From a virus, in the IMG/VR virus record IMGVR_UViG_3300035527_000323, positions 1 through 37,977 of that record: a stretch of 37,977 nucleotides of DNA; one strand, given 5' to 3'. This document shows, piece by piece, positions 1-7,907 of the stretch; the stretch's first letter is position 1; each line of letters starts with the position of its first letter. The notes under the pieces were generated by a model. That model was not told the origin of the DNA. It made no database searches and saw only the letters and a list, made by a program, of their open reading frames with translations. Both the position numbers and the translations under genes were made by a program.

Positions 1-127
1 GGCAGATCGGTGCCACCTGGTACATTGCCCAGGAAGCGTTTGAAGATGCCACCCTGGAAGGGCGCAATAAAATATTTCTGTCCGCCACCCGGGCCCAGGC
101 CGAAGTGTTCCGCCGGTATATTGTTTC
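1..127. repeat. Terminal direct repeat: bases 1-127 are identical to 37851-37977 (circular-assembly overlap; unit length 37,850 bp)
   Basis: Both termini read ggcagatcggtgccacctgg...cgccggtatattgtttc in the same orientation, inside the large-terminase reading frame. Confidence 0.95.
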
Positions 128-1256
128 CTGCGCAAGGCAGCATTTTGACATTGACCTGACCGGGAACCCCATCATTTTGAACACGGCCAAAGGCCCGGCA
201 GAACTGCACTTTCTTTCCAACAATTCCAAGTCGGCCCAGTCCTATACCGGGGATGTGATAATCGATGAGTTTTTCTGGATACAGGGATTCAACAATCTAT
301 ATAAGGTGGCCTCGGGCATGGCCACGCATAAAAAGTGGACCAAAACCCTGATGTCCACCCCGTCGGCCGTGACCCATGAGGCCTATGATTTGTGGACCGG
401 GGACCGGTACAACCAGCGGTTCAAAAAAAAGCGGGTGGAGTTTCCCGGGTTCAAGCAGATGCAGTCCGGGATTTTGTGCCCGGACAATGTGTTCCGCAAG
501 ATCATCACCATCGAGGATGCCATTGCCGGCGGGTGCAACCTGTTTGACCTGCATGATCTGAAAAACGAATACAGCCCGTCGGAGTTTGACAATTTGTTCA
601 TGTGCCTGTTTGTGGATGACACCTTCGGCGTATTCCGGTTTGCCGATCTGGAGGACTGCCAGACAGACACCAGCCTGTGGACGGACATCGATCATTCCGC
701 CCGGCGCCCGGCAGGCAACCGCCCGGTGTGGGGCGGGTATGATCCCTCACGCACCAGAGACGATGCCTCGTTTGTGATCCTTTTGCCCCCTATCAAAAAA
801 GGGGACCGGTTCCGGGTGATCAAAAGAGAAAAATGGGTGGACAAAAGTTTCACCTGGCAGGCGGCTGAAATCAAAAAGCTGTGCGACCAGTACAATTTTC
901 AATACATCGGCATCGATATCACAGGGCCGGGTGTGGGGGTGTACGAAAATGTGAAAAACTTTTATCCCCAGGTCACACCGATTCATTATTCCGTGTCCAA
1001 CAAAAGCCATATGGTGCTCAAGGCCCATGAGGTGATCGAAGCCAAACGGATCCAGTGGGATGCGTCAGAAACCACTATCGCCCATGCGTTCCTGACCATC
1101 CGCAAAATCATGACCCCGGGGGGACAGATCACCTATGCAGCCAACCGGACCAACACCACCGGGCATGCCGATGTGGCATGGGCCATCATGCACGCCCTGG
1201 CCAACGAGCCCATCAGCCACGACCAGGCCGCCGGCGCCACCGTGGAGTGCCTGTAA
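3..1256 (+). CDS. terL: Large terminase subunit (P2 gpP type), C-terminal part. The ORF enters from the window edge and continues 37322..37977 across the circular junction.
   Basis: The frame is open from base 3, with the stop at 1254-1256. The sequence is colinear with gpP-type terminases as I remember them: RQIGATWY...IFLSATRAQAEVF P-loop region, DVIIDEFFW, GYDPSRTRDDASF, GIDITGPGVGV. The track ORF 105..1256 is only the internal GTG-started part. Confidence 0.9.
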   Translation, partial: QIGATWYIAQEAFEDATLEGRNKIFLSATRAQAEVFRRYIVSCARQHFDIDLTGNPIILNTAKGPAELHFLSNNSKSAQSYTGDVIIDEFFWIQGFNNLYKVASGMATHKKWTKTLMSTPSAVTHEAYDLWTGDRYNQRFKKKRVEFPGFKQMQSGILCPDNVFRKIITIEDAIAGGCNLFDLHDLKNEYSPSEFDNLFMCLFVDDTFGVFRFADLEDCQTDTSLWTDIDHSARRPAGNRPVWGGYDPSRTRDDASFVILLPPIKKGDRFRVIKREKWVDKSFTWQAAEIKKLCDQYNFQYIGIDITGPGVGVYENVKNFYPQVTPIHYSVSNKSHMVLKAHEVIEAKRIQWDASETTIAHAFLTIRKIMTPGGQITYAANRTNTTGHADVAWAIMHALANEPISHDQAAGATVECL

Positions 1257-1299
1257 CCATTTTACTTATCACTGATAACATTAAAAAAGAGGTAGACAA

Positions 1300-2331
1300 A
1301 TGACAAAGAAAACAGAGAAAACCGCCCCTGCTGACAGCCCGGCCGCCGATGCCGGGGTATTCACGTTTGGTGATCCGGAACCGGTCCTGGACCGGCAGCT
1401 CACAGAATACCTAGGCGTCTGGCTGCTGGATAACGGCACCTACTACAGCACCCCGGTGTCTTTGCCCGGCCTGGCCCGGCTGCGGGGTGCCAATGCCTAC
1501 CATGCCCCGCTTTTGGAATTCAAGGTCAATATGATTTTGCGGGCGTGCAACCCTTCACCGGCTGTGCCGCTGTCTGTGCTGCTGCCGTTTGTCACGGATT
1601 TTGTCACGTTCATGAATGCGTATTTCCAGAAAATCAGAAACCGCCTGGGGGAAGTGGTGGAACTGCGGCATTTGCCGGCCATCAACATGCGCCGGATGAA
1701 AGAGCCGAACCGGTACTGCATGCTCAATCCGGACGGGCATATCAAAGGGCACCGCACCGACTTTGACCCGGGCGAGGTGCTGCACATCAAAAACTATGAT
1801 GTGTCCCAGACCATATATGGTATCCCCTCGTACCTGGGCGCCATCCAGTCCATGCTGCTCAATGAAGATGCCACCCTGTTCAGGCGCCGGTATTATCTCA
1901 ACGGCGCCCATGTGGGATATATCTTTTATTCGGCCGCCGCGAACCTGGGGGATCCGGAGAAAAACGCGATCCGGGATGCGGTCAAATCCGCCAAGAAGCT
2001 GGGCAATTTCCGGAACCTGTTTCTGCACATTCCCAACGGCCGGGAAAAAGACGTTCAGATCATTCCGGTGGGAGACTTCTCCACCAAGGATGAGCTGGAA
2101 AAGATCAAGAACATCTCCAGAGACGACATCATCGCGGCACACCGGATCCCGCCGGCCCTGGCATCGATCGTTCCGGCAGAGGCCCGGGGCGGGTATGGGG
2201 ACATGACCAAGGCAGATCAGGTGTATGAGAAAAACGAGATCGTGCCGCTGCGGCGCTACCTCATGCAGATCAATGATCATCTGCCCGGCCGGCTGTGGAT
2301 CTCTTTTGATGATCCGCCGGACCCGGTATAA
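1300..2331 (+). CDS. Portal protein (P2 gpQ-like)
   Basis: 343-aa ORF with an AGAGG RBS 7 nt upstream, directly after terL. Size and position match gpQ (344 aa) in the P2 Q-P / O-N-M-L arrangement. Confidence 0.8.
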   Translation: MTKKTEKTAPADSPAADAGVFTFGDPEPVLDRQLTEYLGVWLLDNGTYYSTPVSLPGLARLRGANAYHAPLLEFKVNMILRACNPSPAVPLSVLLPFVTDFVTFMNAYFQKIRNRLGEVVELRHLPAINMRRMKEPNRYCMLNPDGHIKGHRTDFDPGEVLHIKNYDVSQTIYGIPSYLGAIQSMLLNEDATLFRRRYYLNGAHVGYIFYSAAANLGDPEKNAIRDAVKSAKKLGNFRNLFLHIPNGREKDVQIIPVGDFSTKDELEKIKNISRDDIIAAHRIPPALASIVPAEARGGYGDMTKADQVYEKNEIVPLRRYLMQINDHLPGRLWISFDDPPDPV

Positions 2332-2355
2332 CAGACAAGGAGACCTAAAAAAAGG

Positions 2356-2613
2356 ATGGCCGTCAGAATCACATGCAACCGGTGCGGGTCCATTGCCACC
2401 ATCCAGTCCAGTGCGGCGGAATCAGATGCGGTGAAAAAACTGTACTGTTCATGCAACAATCCGGACTGCGGCCACACCTTTGTCATGACCCTGGAATTTT
2501 CACACACCCTGTCCCCGTCCGCGCTGGACATGCCGGCTTCGGTGCTGGACCGGATCCGGCATGCCAGCCGCATGGAACAAAAAAAGATCTTTGACCGGAT
2601 GTTGCCGGGATGA
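2356..2613 (+). CDS. ogr: Ogr/Delta-family zinc-finger late transcription activator
   Basis: 85 aa with C7-X2-C10-X22-C33-X4-C38 (CNRC...YCSCNNPDCGHTF). This is the same Cys spacing and flanking TF as P2 Ogr (CPLC-X22-CQNVNCSATF). Confidence 0.85.
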   Translation: MAVRITCNRCGSIATIQSSAAESDAVKKLYCSCNNPDCGHTFVMTLEFSHTLSPSALDMPASVLDRIRHASRMEQKKIFDRMLPG

Positions 2614-2683
2614 CATCTTCCCCGGGATCCCCTGGATCATATCCCCGGCATCGGGCAGATGATCCAGGGCGTTGGGTCAAGGG

Positions 2684-2911
2684 TCATCCCCGGCGGGTCA
2701 TCACCTGGGCCGCGGTATGGGCCCCGTGGATATATCCGTCCACCAGGCTGAAGGCCCGGGCGCTCATGCGCTCGATCTCCAAAAGCCGGATCAGGATGGT
2801 TTCCATCTGGGAGCCCGAAGCGATGCCTGTCACGGCCGGGATGGTGGACGGCTTGCGGGTGCGAAGGGATGCGCGGGAATCTGTGGCGGGAAAATCGATA
2901 ATCGTGGTCAT
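2684..2911 (-). CDS. Hypothetical 75-aa protein
   Basis: ATG preceded by AAGGAGA with about 8 nt spacing. Convergent with ogr. No recognisable family. Overlapping + strand ORFs here are Arg/Pro-rich and look non-coding. Confidence 0.5.
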   Translation of the reverse strand: MTTIIDFPATDSRASLRTRKPSTIPAVTGIASGSQMETILIRLLEIERMSARAFSLVDGYIHGAHTAAQVMTRRG

Positions 2912-3050
2912 GGGTCTTGTCTCCTTGGATATGGGTTATGACCCGCCGATGTCCTTCGACAGACAAAAAGCGGGCCGGATCCGGTTCGAAGCCGGCATCC
3001 AAGGAAAACCGGTGGACCCGAAGGCCCCCAGACCCGGCCCGCGAATTAAG

Positions 3051-3077
3051 ATTGTAACACGGACCGCACACAGACAA
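3051..3077 (-). promoter_or_regulatory. Candidate sigma70-type promoter for the 75-aa gene (-35 TTGTCT, extended -10 TGTTACAAT)
   Basis: Minus strand reads TTTTTGTCTgtgtgcggtccgTGTTACAAT, immediately after the terminator of the upstream gene. Confidence 0.35.
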
Positions 3078-3099
3078 AAAGCGCCGATGTTCCGGCGCT
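3076..3099 (-). terminator. Rho-independent terminator after the 3174..3722 gene
   Basis: Minus strand: AGCGCCGgaacatCGGCGCT (7-bp GC stem) followed by TTTTTG. Confidence 0.6.
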
Positions 3100-3134
3100 G
3101 CCTGCGCCTCGGATCTGTCCGGCTTCGAAACCGG

Positions 3135-3160
3135 GCCGGGGAATCTGCCCCGGCAAGTGT
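3135..3160 (+). terminator. Possible plus-strand hairpin terminator
   Basis: GCCGGGGaatctgCCCCGGC (7-bp stem) followed by the T-containing tail aagtgtgtttgt. The U-tract is weak. Confidence 0.3.
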
Positions 3161-3173
3161 GTTTGTACTATGG

Positions 3174-3722
3174 TTAAGTTAACTTTGTCAAATCTTTATT
3201 TTTCTCAAACACCCAGCACCTGACCGTCTTTTTCAAATAAGGACTCCAGACAGCCCGATTGCTTTCCAAAAACAAAGGATCTTTGCTGGCCCTTAATGCA
3301 TGTTTTAAATTATTTAGAAAAAATGGCTTGATGCTGTTTGCCAGACACTTGGTGTTGAAATGATGGAGGTTGATCATAATAAGCTTGTCATCATTTGAAT
3401 AATCAATGCTTTCTGGGTTAGAGTCTTTTCCCATAAGATCAGCATATGTATCCCAGAAACGTTTGCGCATTTTTATTTTGGCAGGGGTTTCACTAATGGT
3501 GCCGTATGAATCCCCCACCGCAGCATTGGGAACAAGCCCCATAATTTCAAGCAGGACCCGTTCCCGTGATCCATGATCCACCACTCCTTTGACAACAGAG
3601 GTCAAAATATATTGGATCATAGCTGGTGGATTTTTAATATTTACCGGTGAGCCAGACATCCGCTGCTGGTCAATCAAATCCTGGAGGCGTTCAATGGTTT
3701 CATCCTGGATGTCTATTTTCAT
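3174..3722 (-). CDS. Hypothetical protein whose C-terminal ~90 aa are paralogous to the C-terminus of the 881-aa primase-helicase
   Basis: The likely start is the ATG at 3722, with a GGGGGGA RBS; the track start at 3737 is GTG. The tail FWDTY...SNDDKLIMINLHHF...SNRAVWSPYLKKTVRCWVFEK aligns with FWETF...STDDRYIAVSLNHY...KNRAVWDRFNKRTVKCWVFKK of ORF 8645..11290. Confidence 0.7.
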   Translation of the reverse strand: MKIDIQDETIERLQDLIDQQRMSGSPVNIKNPPAMIQYILTSVVKGVVDHGSRERVLLEIMGLVPNAAVGDSYGTISETPAKIKMRKRFWDTYADLMGKDSNPESIDYSNDDKLIMINLHHFNTKCLANSIKPFFLNNLKHALRASKDPLFLESNRAVWSPYLKKTVRCWVFEKNKDLTKLT

Positions 3723-3833
3723 CTTTATTCCCCCCACTTTACAGTTAAATTAATTGGTCAACCCAGTATTATATATGACCATGATCAATGTCAATTTTTT
3801 TGTATGGGGTTAACAAGATTTGATGTTAATGTG

Positions 3834-4179
3834 AAACTCTGGGTAGGTAAACAACGAAACGCAAAGGTAAGTTGGTAATGAATCTGATTCATAAAATGGA
3901 TATGCACGATACAACAGGGATAGGCTTGTTTTTGGCCATAAATTGAAAGGTAATTTCAAGGTTATATGAGGTATGTACATTTTTGAATATTAAATAATTA
4001 CAGATACTTATGTGGTTAGGAAAATAAAGGAAAAAAGTTGAATGAAAAGGTAATTTAATTACCAGACCTAACCCTTAGTGGTAATGGAATAAAGTATTGA
4101 TATTATTGAATATAGTTTATGTTTTTGACCATTATTACCAAATTACCTTTTTTTTTTTTTGTAAACCTACCCAGAGTTT
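3834..4179. repeat. 15-bp perfect inverted repeat pair, aaactctgggtaggt (3834-3848) and acctacccagagttt (4165-4179), bracketing a ~316-bp AT-rich segment
   Basis: Read directly. The interior has no ORF of 60 aa or more and carries the GGTAAT sites and a T13 run (about 4148-4160). Confidence 0.8.
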
Positions 4180-4320
4180 GTTCCAGGTACGCGCGCACAC
4201 ACGCACGTGACACATTAATAATTATCCCCTGTTATATTATATAGTTATGGCTTTGAAAAGCCGCCGTGCAGACAGCCCGGATGTTAACCTCTGTTTTTTT
4301 GTCTCTCAAAAAGGTAATTG
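3844..4320. promoter_or_regulatory. Array of at least 8 (A)AAGGTAAT(TT) sites in both orientations: candidate integrase arm-type sites or replication iterons
   Basis: GGTAA(T/G/A) cores lie near 3846, 3866, 3874, 3949, 4049 (with the inverted partner aattacc at 4057-4063), 4080, 4134-4139 (rc), 4142-4150 (rc) and 4313-4318. Confidence 0.6.
4187..4209. repeat. 23-nt perfectly alternating purine-pyrimidine GC-rich tract (gtacgcgcgcacacacgcacgtg), Z-DNA-prone
   Basis: Read directly. It is an isolated GC island inside the AT-rich attP arm. Confidence 0.7.
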
Positions 4321-4340
4321 ATTCATCTGGGGTTCAATCT

Positions 4341-4462
4341 TTTTGGATGGAGGTTAACGAGAAAATCAATTTCTGGAACATGGCCACCGCATCATTATAT
4401 AGTGGCCAGGCTGCCCGGCAGACCGTCTGCCTTTTGAAAACCTTTTGGATGGTTTTGGATGG
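4341..4462 (+). promoter_or_regulatory. Three copies of TTTTGGATGG (4341-4350; tandem 4443-4452 and 4453-4462) next to the attP core: candidate recombination-directionality or Int binding sites
   Basis: Read directly. Coordinates were anchored on track ORF 4266..4478. Confidence 0.5.
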
Positions 4463-4501
4463 AAAAGCGAAATTATAATTATTTGATTTTATTAGAAAAA
4501 A

Positions 4502-4527
4502 TGGCGGAAGTGCATGGGAATCGAACC
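4502..4527 (-). other. attP core: 26-nt block matching the 3-prime end of a tRNA (T-loop to CCA). It resembles tRNA-Sec (selC) and is not a complete tRNA gene.
   Basis: Minus strand reads GGTTCGATTCCCATGCACTTCCGCCA. This gives a canonical GGTTCGATTCC T-loop, an 8-nt acceptor strand GCACTTCC, discriminator G and CCA. The upstream T-stem partner is absent (TTTGG instead of ATGGG). The block lies 34 nt from the integrase stop codon. Confidence 0.65.
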
Positions 4528-4560
4528 AAAGCATATGATAATAATCTTTTGTTATTTCAG

Positions 4561-5691
4561 TTACTTATCGTTTCTGTTTTTGGATATTGGATAGTTTTGG
4601 ATGGTTCGTGACATCAGGTCGCGTTTCTGTTTCACTTCAGTTCTGGCATAAGCTCGGACAGAATCAATCCGTGCATGGTCTGTGATAATCTGTAACTCAG
4701 ATTCTGACAGACCTTTTTCATTGATATACTGACTGCATGAGCTGTGCTTTAATCCGGAATACAAATCAATGTTTTCCCCTGCTGCATCACATGCTTTTTT
4801 CCAGATGATATTCAGTGCCTCCCCTGTGTATCTTTTGCCTGGTTGCCGGGCAAGTGGATTCACAAACAGAAATGGTGACAGTATCCTGTGACGCTTTTGT
4901 TTGATCGATTCGATCTCAAGATATGGTTCAAAATCAGGATGACACGGGATGGTATGGATCTCTCCTGTTTTTGTTTTGGACTGGATTTTTCTGGCTGAGA
5001 TGGATCTGCATATGGTGAAAACTCCGTCCTGGTAATCCTGTTTCTGGATGGCACAGGCCTCCGCCGGTCGGCGAAGATGATATTTCAAAAAGTAAAAAAT
5101 CGGCTGGTGGTCTTCTGGGATCTGTTCAATGATGTGCAGCTGCCTGGATTCAGGCAGCCATTTTATAACCGGGCGGCTGTGCTGATATTTTTTTTTCCTT
5201 GGGAACGATGGCACAGTATTAATTTTTCTTGCCCTCTTGGCTTCGTCCAGGATCAGGTGCATGCAGTACATGATATTTATTTGCGTTTTTGGGGAAAGCC
5301 CTTTGGCTTTAAGATCCCTGCGCAGCCGTTCAAGGATATCCAGCTGGACATCGGGAAGGGACAGTTGGCTGTGTTGTTCAAAAAAAGGGCGGATATGGTT
5401 TTTGACGTAAGATCTATATCCTTTATAAGTCGCCGGGCTCAGATCTTCAGCATTCTTCAACCATGATTCAATGAACGGGATGACATCGGAAAAACCTTTT
5501 TTCAGATATTTATCCAGATAAAAGGTGCCGTTTTCATAATCAGACTGCATGGTGGCCAGCAGCTTTTCCGCCATCCGGCGGGATTCAAGCTTGATACCTT
5601 TGTAATGGTATATCTTGACATCCCGCTTTCTGGCAGAATCGTACCACCGGACAAACCATGAGCCCTTATAGGCCAGGACTGTCCCTTTCAT
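4561..5691 (-). CDS. int: Tyrosine integrase (site-specific recombinase, phage integrase family)
   Basis: The ATG at 5691 has a GGGAGA RBS; the track start at 5739 is TTG. There is an N-terminal SAM-like region. The C-terminal catalytic signature is LRRPAEACAI ... GLKHSSCSQY ... DHARIDSVRAYAR. It is adjacent to the attP core. Confidence 0.85.
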   Translation of the reverse strand: MKGTVLAYKGSWFVRWYDSARKRDVKIYHYKGIKLESRRMAEKLLATMQSDYENGTFYLDKYLKKGFSDVIPFIESWLKNAEDLSPATYKGYRSYVKNHIRPFFEQHSQLSLPDVQLDILERLRRDLKAKGLSPKTQINIMYCMHLILDEAKRARKINTVPSFPRKKKYQHSRPVIKWLPESRQLHIIEQIPEDHQPIFYFLKYHLRRPAEACAIQKQDYQDGVFTICRSISARKIQSKTKTGEIHTIPCHPDFEPYLEIESIKQKRHRILSPFLFVNPLARQPGKRYTGEALNIIWKKACDAAGENIDLYSGLKHSSCSQYINEKGLSESELQIITDHARIDSVRAYARTEVKQKRDLMSRTIQNYPISKNRNDK

Positions 5692-5747
5692 ACATTCTCC
5701 CTGGATGGGAGAATTATATATCTTGGTGTGTTCTGTCAATTAAAAAA

Positions 5748-6185
5748 TTAACTTAACCGGTTTTTAAATAATTCTTTTGTCCCCATCAAATGTGATTTCC
5801 CCATCTGTCTTGGCCAATCAATAAACATTTCAAAAAAACCAAGATGTCCGTTGCATTTGATAAAAGGATATTCAACAGGCGAATCAAAAACAAAAGCGTA
5901 TGGACCTGAAAACCATTCTGACGGGTGATCCTCAACGCAGTCTGTCATGGTGACAGCGCCGATAATCCCCCCTCTTAATTTTCTTGCTTTTAGAAGAATA
6001 TCTGACATCTCCTTGCTGTATGGGAAATTTTGCATTATCCAGAACTCCCCGTCATAGTCATATTTTTTTGATGCATGTATCAACAGCCTTCCCTTGTAGT
6101 TGCTCTTCCACGTTCTGTTTTCAACAGGCTTCGGCCCGTTGATAATCATGCTGGCCCAGGGTTGTCTTATGCTTAAGGTTTTCAT
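5748..6185 (-). CDS. ASCH-domain protein
   Basis: The N-terminus MKTLSIRQPWASMIINGPKPVENRTW is the typical ASCH/PUA-like opening motif. The gene overlaps the upstream gene by 4 nt. Confidence 0.7.
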   Translation of the reverse strand: MKTLSIRQPWASMIINGPKPVENRTWKSNYKGRLLIHASKKYDYDGEFWIMQNFPYSKEMSDILLKARKLRGGIIGAVTMTDCVEDHPSEWFSGPYAFVFDSPVEYPFIKCNGHLGFFEMFIDWPRQMGKSHLMGTKELFKNRLS

Positions 6186-6742
6186 TTTTTTATTCCTATC
6201 TCTGTTATTTTGGGCTTCATGAATATATACCAGTGAGTCATCGCCTTGCGGCCGCTTCGGTGCCCGAACAGTGGAGGGTGCGTGGCCACCGACAGAACAT
6301 CTGCGACTGGTACTTGCGTCTCATTCCACTTGAAGACCAATACGCCATCCTGTTTCAGTACACGGAAGCATTCATCGAAGCCTCGCGCTAAATCATTTTT
6401 CCACTCATGCCCCAACTTTCCGTACTTCGCAGCCAACCAGCTTTTTGGTCCTGCGCGTATAAGATGCGGAGGATCAAAAACAACGAGCCGAAACGATTCA
6501 TCGGGGTAGGGCATGTTCCGAAAATCCACCAACTGATCCGGGTCTATTACAACCTTGCGGGTCCCGTCTATCCTCCCGTGAGATCGATCTCTTACCTCCA
6601 CTGTTTCCCGTCTATTATCGACATACAAAACATCATGATTCCCACGATCAAACCACATCATGCGGCTTCCGCAACATGCATCCAGGATAGGTGGTAGGCC
6701 AGCGTCATGCAGGGTCACTGGCTTGTATTCAGTCTTTTTCAT
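6182..6742 (-). CDS. SAM-dependent methyltransferase with a D-P-P-H motif (putative DNA or RNA amino-methyltransferase)
   Basis: Motif I-like ILDACCGS and motif IV-like VVFDPPH. 186 aa. Confidence 0.65.
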   Translation of the reverse strand: MKKTEYKPVTLHDAGLPPILDACCGSRMMWFDRGNHDVLYVDNRRETVEVRDRSHGRIDGTRKVVIDPDQLVDFRNMPYPDESFRLVVFDPPHLIRAGPKSWLAAKYGKLGHEWKNDLARGFDECFRVLKQDGVLVFKWNETQVPVADVLSVATHPPLFGHRSGRKAMTHWYIFMKPKITEIGIKK

Positions 6743-6769
6743 AAGTTGATTCTCCTTGGTGTTTATTTT

Positions 6770-6976
6770 TTACCGGCGGCATCTATCATGGATCAAAAAC
6801 ATCTGCCCGAACCTGGCCCAGGCCGTGAATTCAAAATATGGTTCCTGGCCGATAGGTTCTCCGCATATCAAGCAAGGGTGCCACGGCACGGCATTGAGAT
6901 CATATCCCCATTTTGGGTGAGGGTTTTTATTCTGATCTGCCCGGCATAACCCGCAGTCACAATCTTTGCCACTCAT
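6770..6976 (-). CDS. Cys-rich small protein (putative zinc-binding), hypothetical
   Basis: 68 aa with CDCGLC and CLICGE pairs. Confidence 0.5.
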   Translation of the reverse strand: MSGKDCDCGLCRADQNKNPHPKWGYDLNAVPWHPCLICGEPIGQEPYFEFTAWARFGQMFLIHDRCRR

Positions 6977-7074
6977 TAGACACCCCCGTTTCCGAAGATA
7001 AGGCCGACTACCGTCATAATGATGGTAACCAAAACAATAGCAACTCGATGTATTAATGGCGTGCCTGCTATCAT
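6976..7074 (-). CDS. Possible 32-aa hydrophobic peptide (below the ORF-track threshold)
   Basis: MIAGTPLIHRVAIVLVTIIMTVVGLIFGNGGV. GAAGGAAG lies upstream. Its TAA overlaps the ATG of the next gene (TAATG), which fills an otherwise empty gap in a tightly coupled operon. Confidence 0.35.
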   Translation of the reverse strand: MIAGTPLIHRVAIVLVTIIMTVVGLIFGNGGV

Positions 7075-7085
7075 ATTATCTTCCT

Positions 7086-7295
7086 TCAGGCCTTTTTTTC
7101 CAAAGACTTCAGCTTCCCGGTCAGCATCTTGATCATTCCGGATCTCTGCATGTGCGTCCTTTCATGTTCCAGGGCCAGGCGCACCACAGCCGGATCGGTG
7201 ACAAATCGTAACGATGACCTGCAATCCTGCACCGAAGTGCTGACCATCCGGACGTGTGCCGGGGTGTTTTTGTAATAATCATAAGGATCTGTCAT
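7086..7295 (-). CDS. Hypothetical protein (69 aa)
   Basis: In-operon ORF that overlaps the upstream gene by 4 nt. Confidence 0.5.
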   Translation of the reverse strand: MTDPYDYYKNTPAHVRMVSTSVQDCRSSLRFVTDPAVVRLALEHERTHMQRSGMIKMLTGKLKSLEKKA

Positions 7296-7708
7296 TGTGG
7301 CACTCCTTTCTTAAAATGGCAGTTGGTTTGTTTTTGTTTTATTAGTTTTTGGGCGGTATGACATTCGCGGTATGCTTTTTTTCTGTATTTCGAATCGATC
7401 TTGATATCCCCGCCTAAACTGATTCTTTTACCAGTGATTCCGCATTTTGAGCAAAAATACAAATCGACGGAGTTGCCCCTAAAAGAAACGGACATTCCGT
7501 CAGTTCTCTTTATCCAATCATGGTATTTATCGTTCGACGCATTTTTCAGCACTACATCCAAAAGAGTCCTTGGTCTTTCTCCTGGCCGCAAAGTTCGGTT
7601 GAATCTGTCAATAATCTTAGCCGCCCAGGCCTTTGGATCAGATATGTTCTTTTCGTAATCTTCCCACCACTGCTCTTTCTCATCTTTGACTAATATCTTA
7701 AATTTCAT
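7292..7708 (-). CDS. Hypothetical protein (138 aa)
   Basis: In-operon ORF with lysine-rich, low-GC coding bias. Confidence 0.55.
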   Translation of the reverse strand: MKFKILVKDEKEQWWEDYEKNISDPKAWAAKIIDRFNRTLRPGERPRTLLDVVLKNASNDKYHDWIKRTDGMSVSFRGNSVDLYFCSKCGITGKRISLGGDIKIDSKYRKKAYRECHTAQKLIKQKQTNCHFKKGVPQ

Positions 7709-7907
7709 GCTGTTCTCCTTTCATCCACGGCCGAAGATTCCCGCATGGCACTGCCACACGAGTTCCCCGGATATCGATCAGATGGTTTCTCGGTTTACCT
7801 TTGCCGGCCGTCAGCACGGTGCCGGTTTTGCCGTGATGCGGCATTGACCGGTTGCTTTGCCGGTACCAGACTTGGACTGTTTGCCCTGGGCGCGGGTTAA
7901 TCATCAT
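7698..7907 (-). CDS. Hypothetical protein (69 aa)
   Basis: In-operon ORF overlapping its neighbours at both ends. Confidence 0.45.
   Translation of the reverse strand: MMINPRPGQTVQVWYRQSNRSMPHHGKTGTVLTAGKGKPRNHLIDIRGTRVAVPCGNLRPWMKGEQHEI

Noticed and set aside
2610-3182. 190-aa plus-strand ORF after ogr, with overlapping ORFs 2637..3077 (-) and 2672..2941 (+)
   Set aside because: The translation is Arg/Pro-rich nonsense. The ORF crosses two hairpin terminators and has no RBS. Only the 75-aa minus-strand ORF has a good RBS.
4266-4534. 70-aa (+) and 66-aa (-) ORFs in the attP arm, considered as a possible excisionase
   Set aside because: Starts are GTG or weak, there is no convincing RBS or HTH, and the ORFs overlap the repeat motifs and the tRNA-like core. 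They are more likely non-coding recombination sites. An Xis function cannot be excluded.
4480-4560. A possible full tRNA or tmRNA gene next to the integrase
   Set aside because: Only the T-loop-to-CCA portion (26 nt) is tRNA-like. The upstream sequence cannot form the T-stem, anticodon or D arms. It is an attP core fragment, not a gene.
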